Positions 31,908-32,794 of a stretch of 32,794 nucleotides of DNA are shown here, piece by piece. Each line of letters opens with the position of its first letter. Position 1 is the first letter of the stretch. Source of the DNA: Diploschistes diacapsis. Taxonomy: Eukaryota. The stretch is from the NCBI GenBank assembly GCA_023645945.1, contig JALAIB010000095.1, positions 1-32,794 of the forward strand, read 5' to 3'. The notes beneath the pieces were generated by a model. That model worked only from the letters and a program-made list of their open reading frames with translations. It ran no database searches and had not been told where the DNA came from. A program made the translations under genes and the position numbers.

Positions 31908-32359
31908 GTCAGGCAATGCGCGTTCGATCCCGTTTTCGTGCATATATCAATGCAACTCGTTCGTTTGTTTCTGTGCCTGCTTAATGACGAAAACCGTACC
32001 TTTAAACTAGGTTAATTGACTTTGTGATAGACTTGCGGATTGGTAGAGAAGTCGTGCCTGCCTCTCGAAAGCGACAAATCCTACGTTGTACCCGTTGCCC
32101 CAGCCCTCTTCATCGATGATGTTGTATATACCCATTATTTATACCCAGTCCCGCTCTTCTCTCACCTTTATTCTTCACCCACACTCGATCAGACTCGATA
32201 TCCACTCTTTCAAGCACCACCGAACAGCAGCACCACAAGTATCAGCACCACAACTCTCTACCACAGCCATCTATCAAGCTTAGCCACCACCATCTGCTCC
32301 CAGAACAATCTTCAGCTCACATTCTCAATTCACCTTACCTCACCTCACCGCATACAACG

Positions 32360-32794
32360 ATGAGTACTGCACCACTCATGAGCGGCCACCCGGCCCTCTT
32401 CTTCCCCTCGCCCTTTGCCAACCACATCCGCCATCAGCGTGCTCAGCGTGTTCGCACTCACAACGCCGCCGCTGCCGCCGCCGCCGCCGTCGCCGCCTCA
32501 TCTCGTCGGCCCACCTACCGCGACGCCGGTATCCAGACCCCCAACTGGAAGAATATGGCGCAGACCGAATCAGAGCAAGCAGCCGAATTCCTCCTGAGGA
32601 GGGATAATAGGGACAAGGAGGTTCGGAGGCTTGAAGTGCTTCGAAAGGAGCTAGAGGCGGAGAAAAAGAGGTTGGCGGGTTTGGCCAGGGCGGGAGGTGG
32701 AGGTAGGGGGAGTGCTCCAGTACCCCGGGGTGTGACCGTGGGGTCGGAGCCTGCTGCTGCTGCTGCTGCTGCTGCCCCTGATGGGCAGGATGAG
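32360..32794 (+). CDS. Hypothetical protein, 3'-truncated by the window edge
   Basis: ATG 32360 follows a C/T-rich leader and the frame stays open for 145 codons to the end: MSTAPLMSGHPALFFPSPFANHIRHQRAQRVRTHNAAAAAAAAVAASSRRPTYRDAGIQTPNWKNMAQTESEQAAEFLLRRDNRDKEVRRLEVLRKELEAEKKRLAG... It is absent from the ORF track because no stop codon falls in the window. Confidence 0.6.
   Translation, partial: MSTAPLMSGHPALFFPSPFANHIRHQRAQRVRTHNAAAAAAAAVAASSRRPTYRDAGIQTPNWKNMAQTESEQAAEFLLRRDNRDKEVRRLEVLRKELEAEKKRLAGLARAGGGGRGSAPVPRGVTVGSEPAAAAAAAAPDGQDE

Noticed and set aside
1..32794. tRNA, rRNA, CRISPR arrays, intact transposase or reverse-transcriptase genes
   Set aside because: None recognised by eye, and there is no regularly spaced repeat-spacer structure. 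A covariance-model scan (tRNAscan-SE, Infernal/Rfam) would be needed to exclude small ncRNAs.

Overview
Eukaryotic, gene-dense genomic DNA from a filamentous ascomycete (Pezizomycotina-type short GT-AG introns with CTRAC/CTAAY branch points). I can support about 13 protein-coding genes. In order: an intronless ammonium transporter of the plant-AMT2-like (MEP-alpha) type; a SAM+PH domain protein; INO80 subunit Ies1; a PAP2 lipid-phosphate phosphatase; COQ10; a Zn(II)2Cys6 transcription factor; mitochondrial ribosomal protein bL36m; an orphan cysteine-rich secreted-type protein; a GNAT acetyltransferase; pyruvate carboxylase; GPI-transamidase subunit PIG-S/Gpi17; an M28 glutaminyl-cyclase-like enzyme ending in RDEL; and a truncated unknown ORF at the right edge. 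Most are ordinary housekeeping genes, and I do not see a convincing new multi-gene system. The most notable items are: (i) the AMT2-like transporter, from a clade reported as horizontally acquired from prokaryotes and preferentially retained in lichen-forming fungi, with a GATA-site cluster upstream; (ii) a decayed, RIP-like relic in the 4-kb gap beside it; (iii) the orphan 8-Cys protein, whose signal peptide begins at an ATA rather than an ATG; (iv) an out-of-frame strong-context ATG 10 nt before the Zn-cluster start; (v) a C-rich to G-rich sense-strand skew switch along many genes. All identifications come from motif recognition by eye; no database searches were run.
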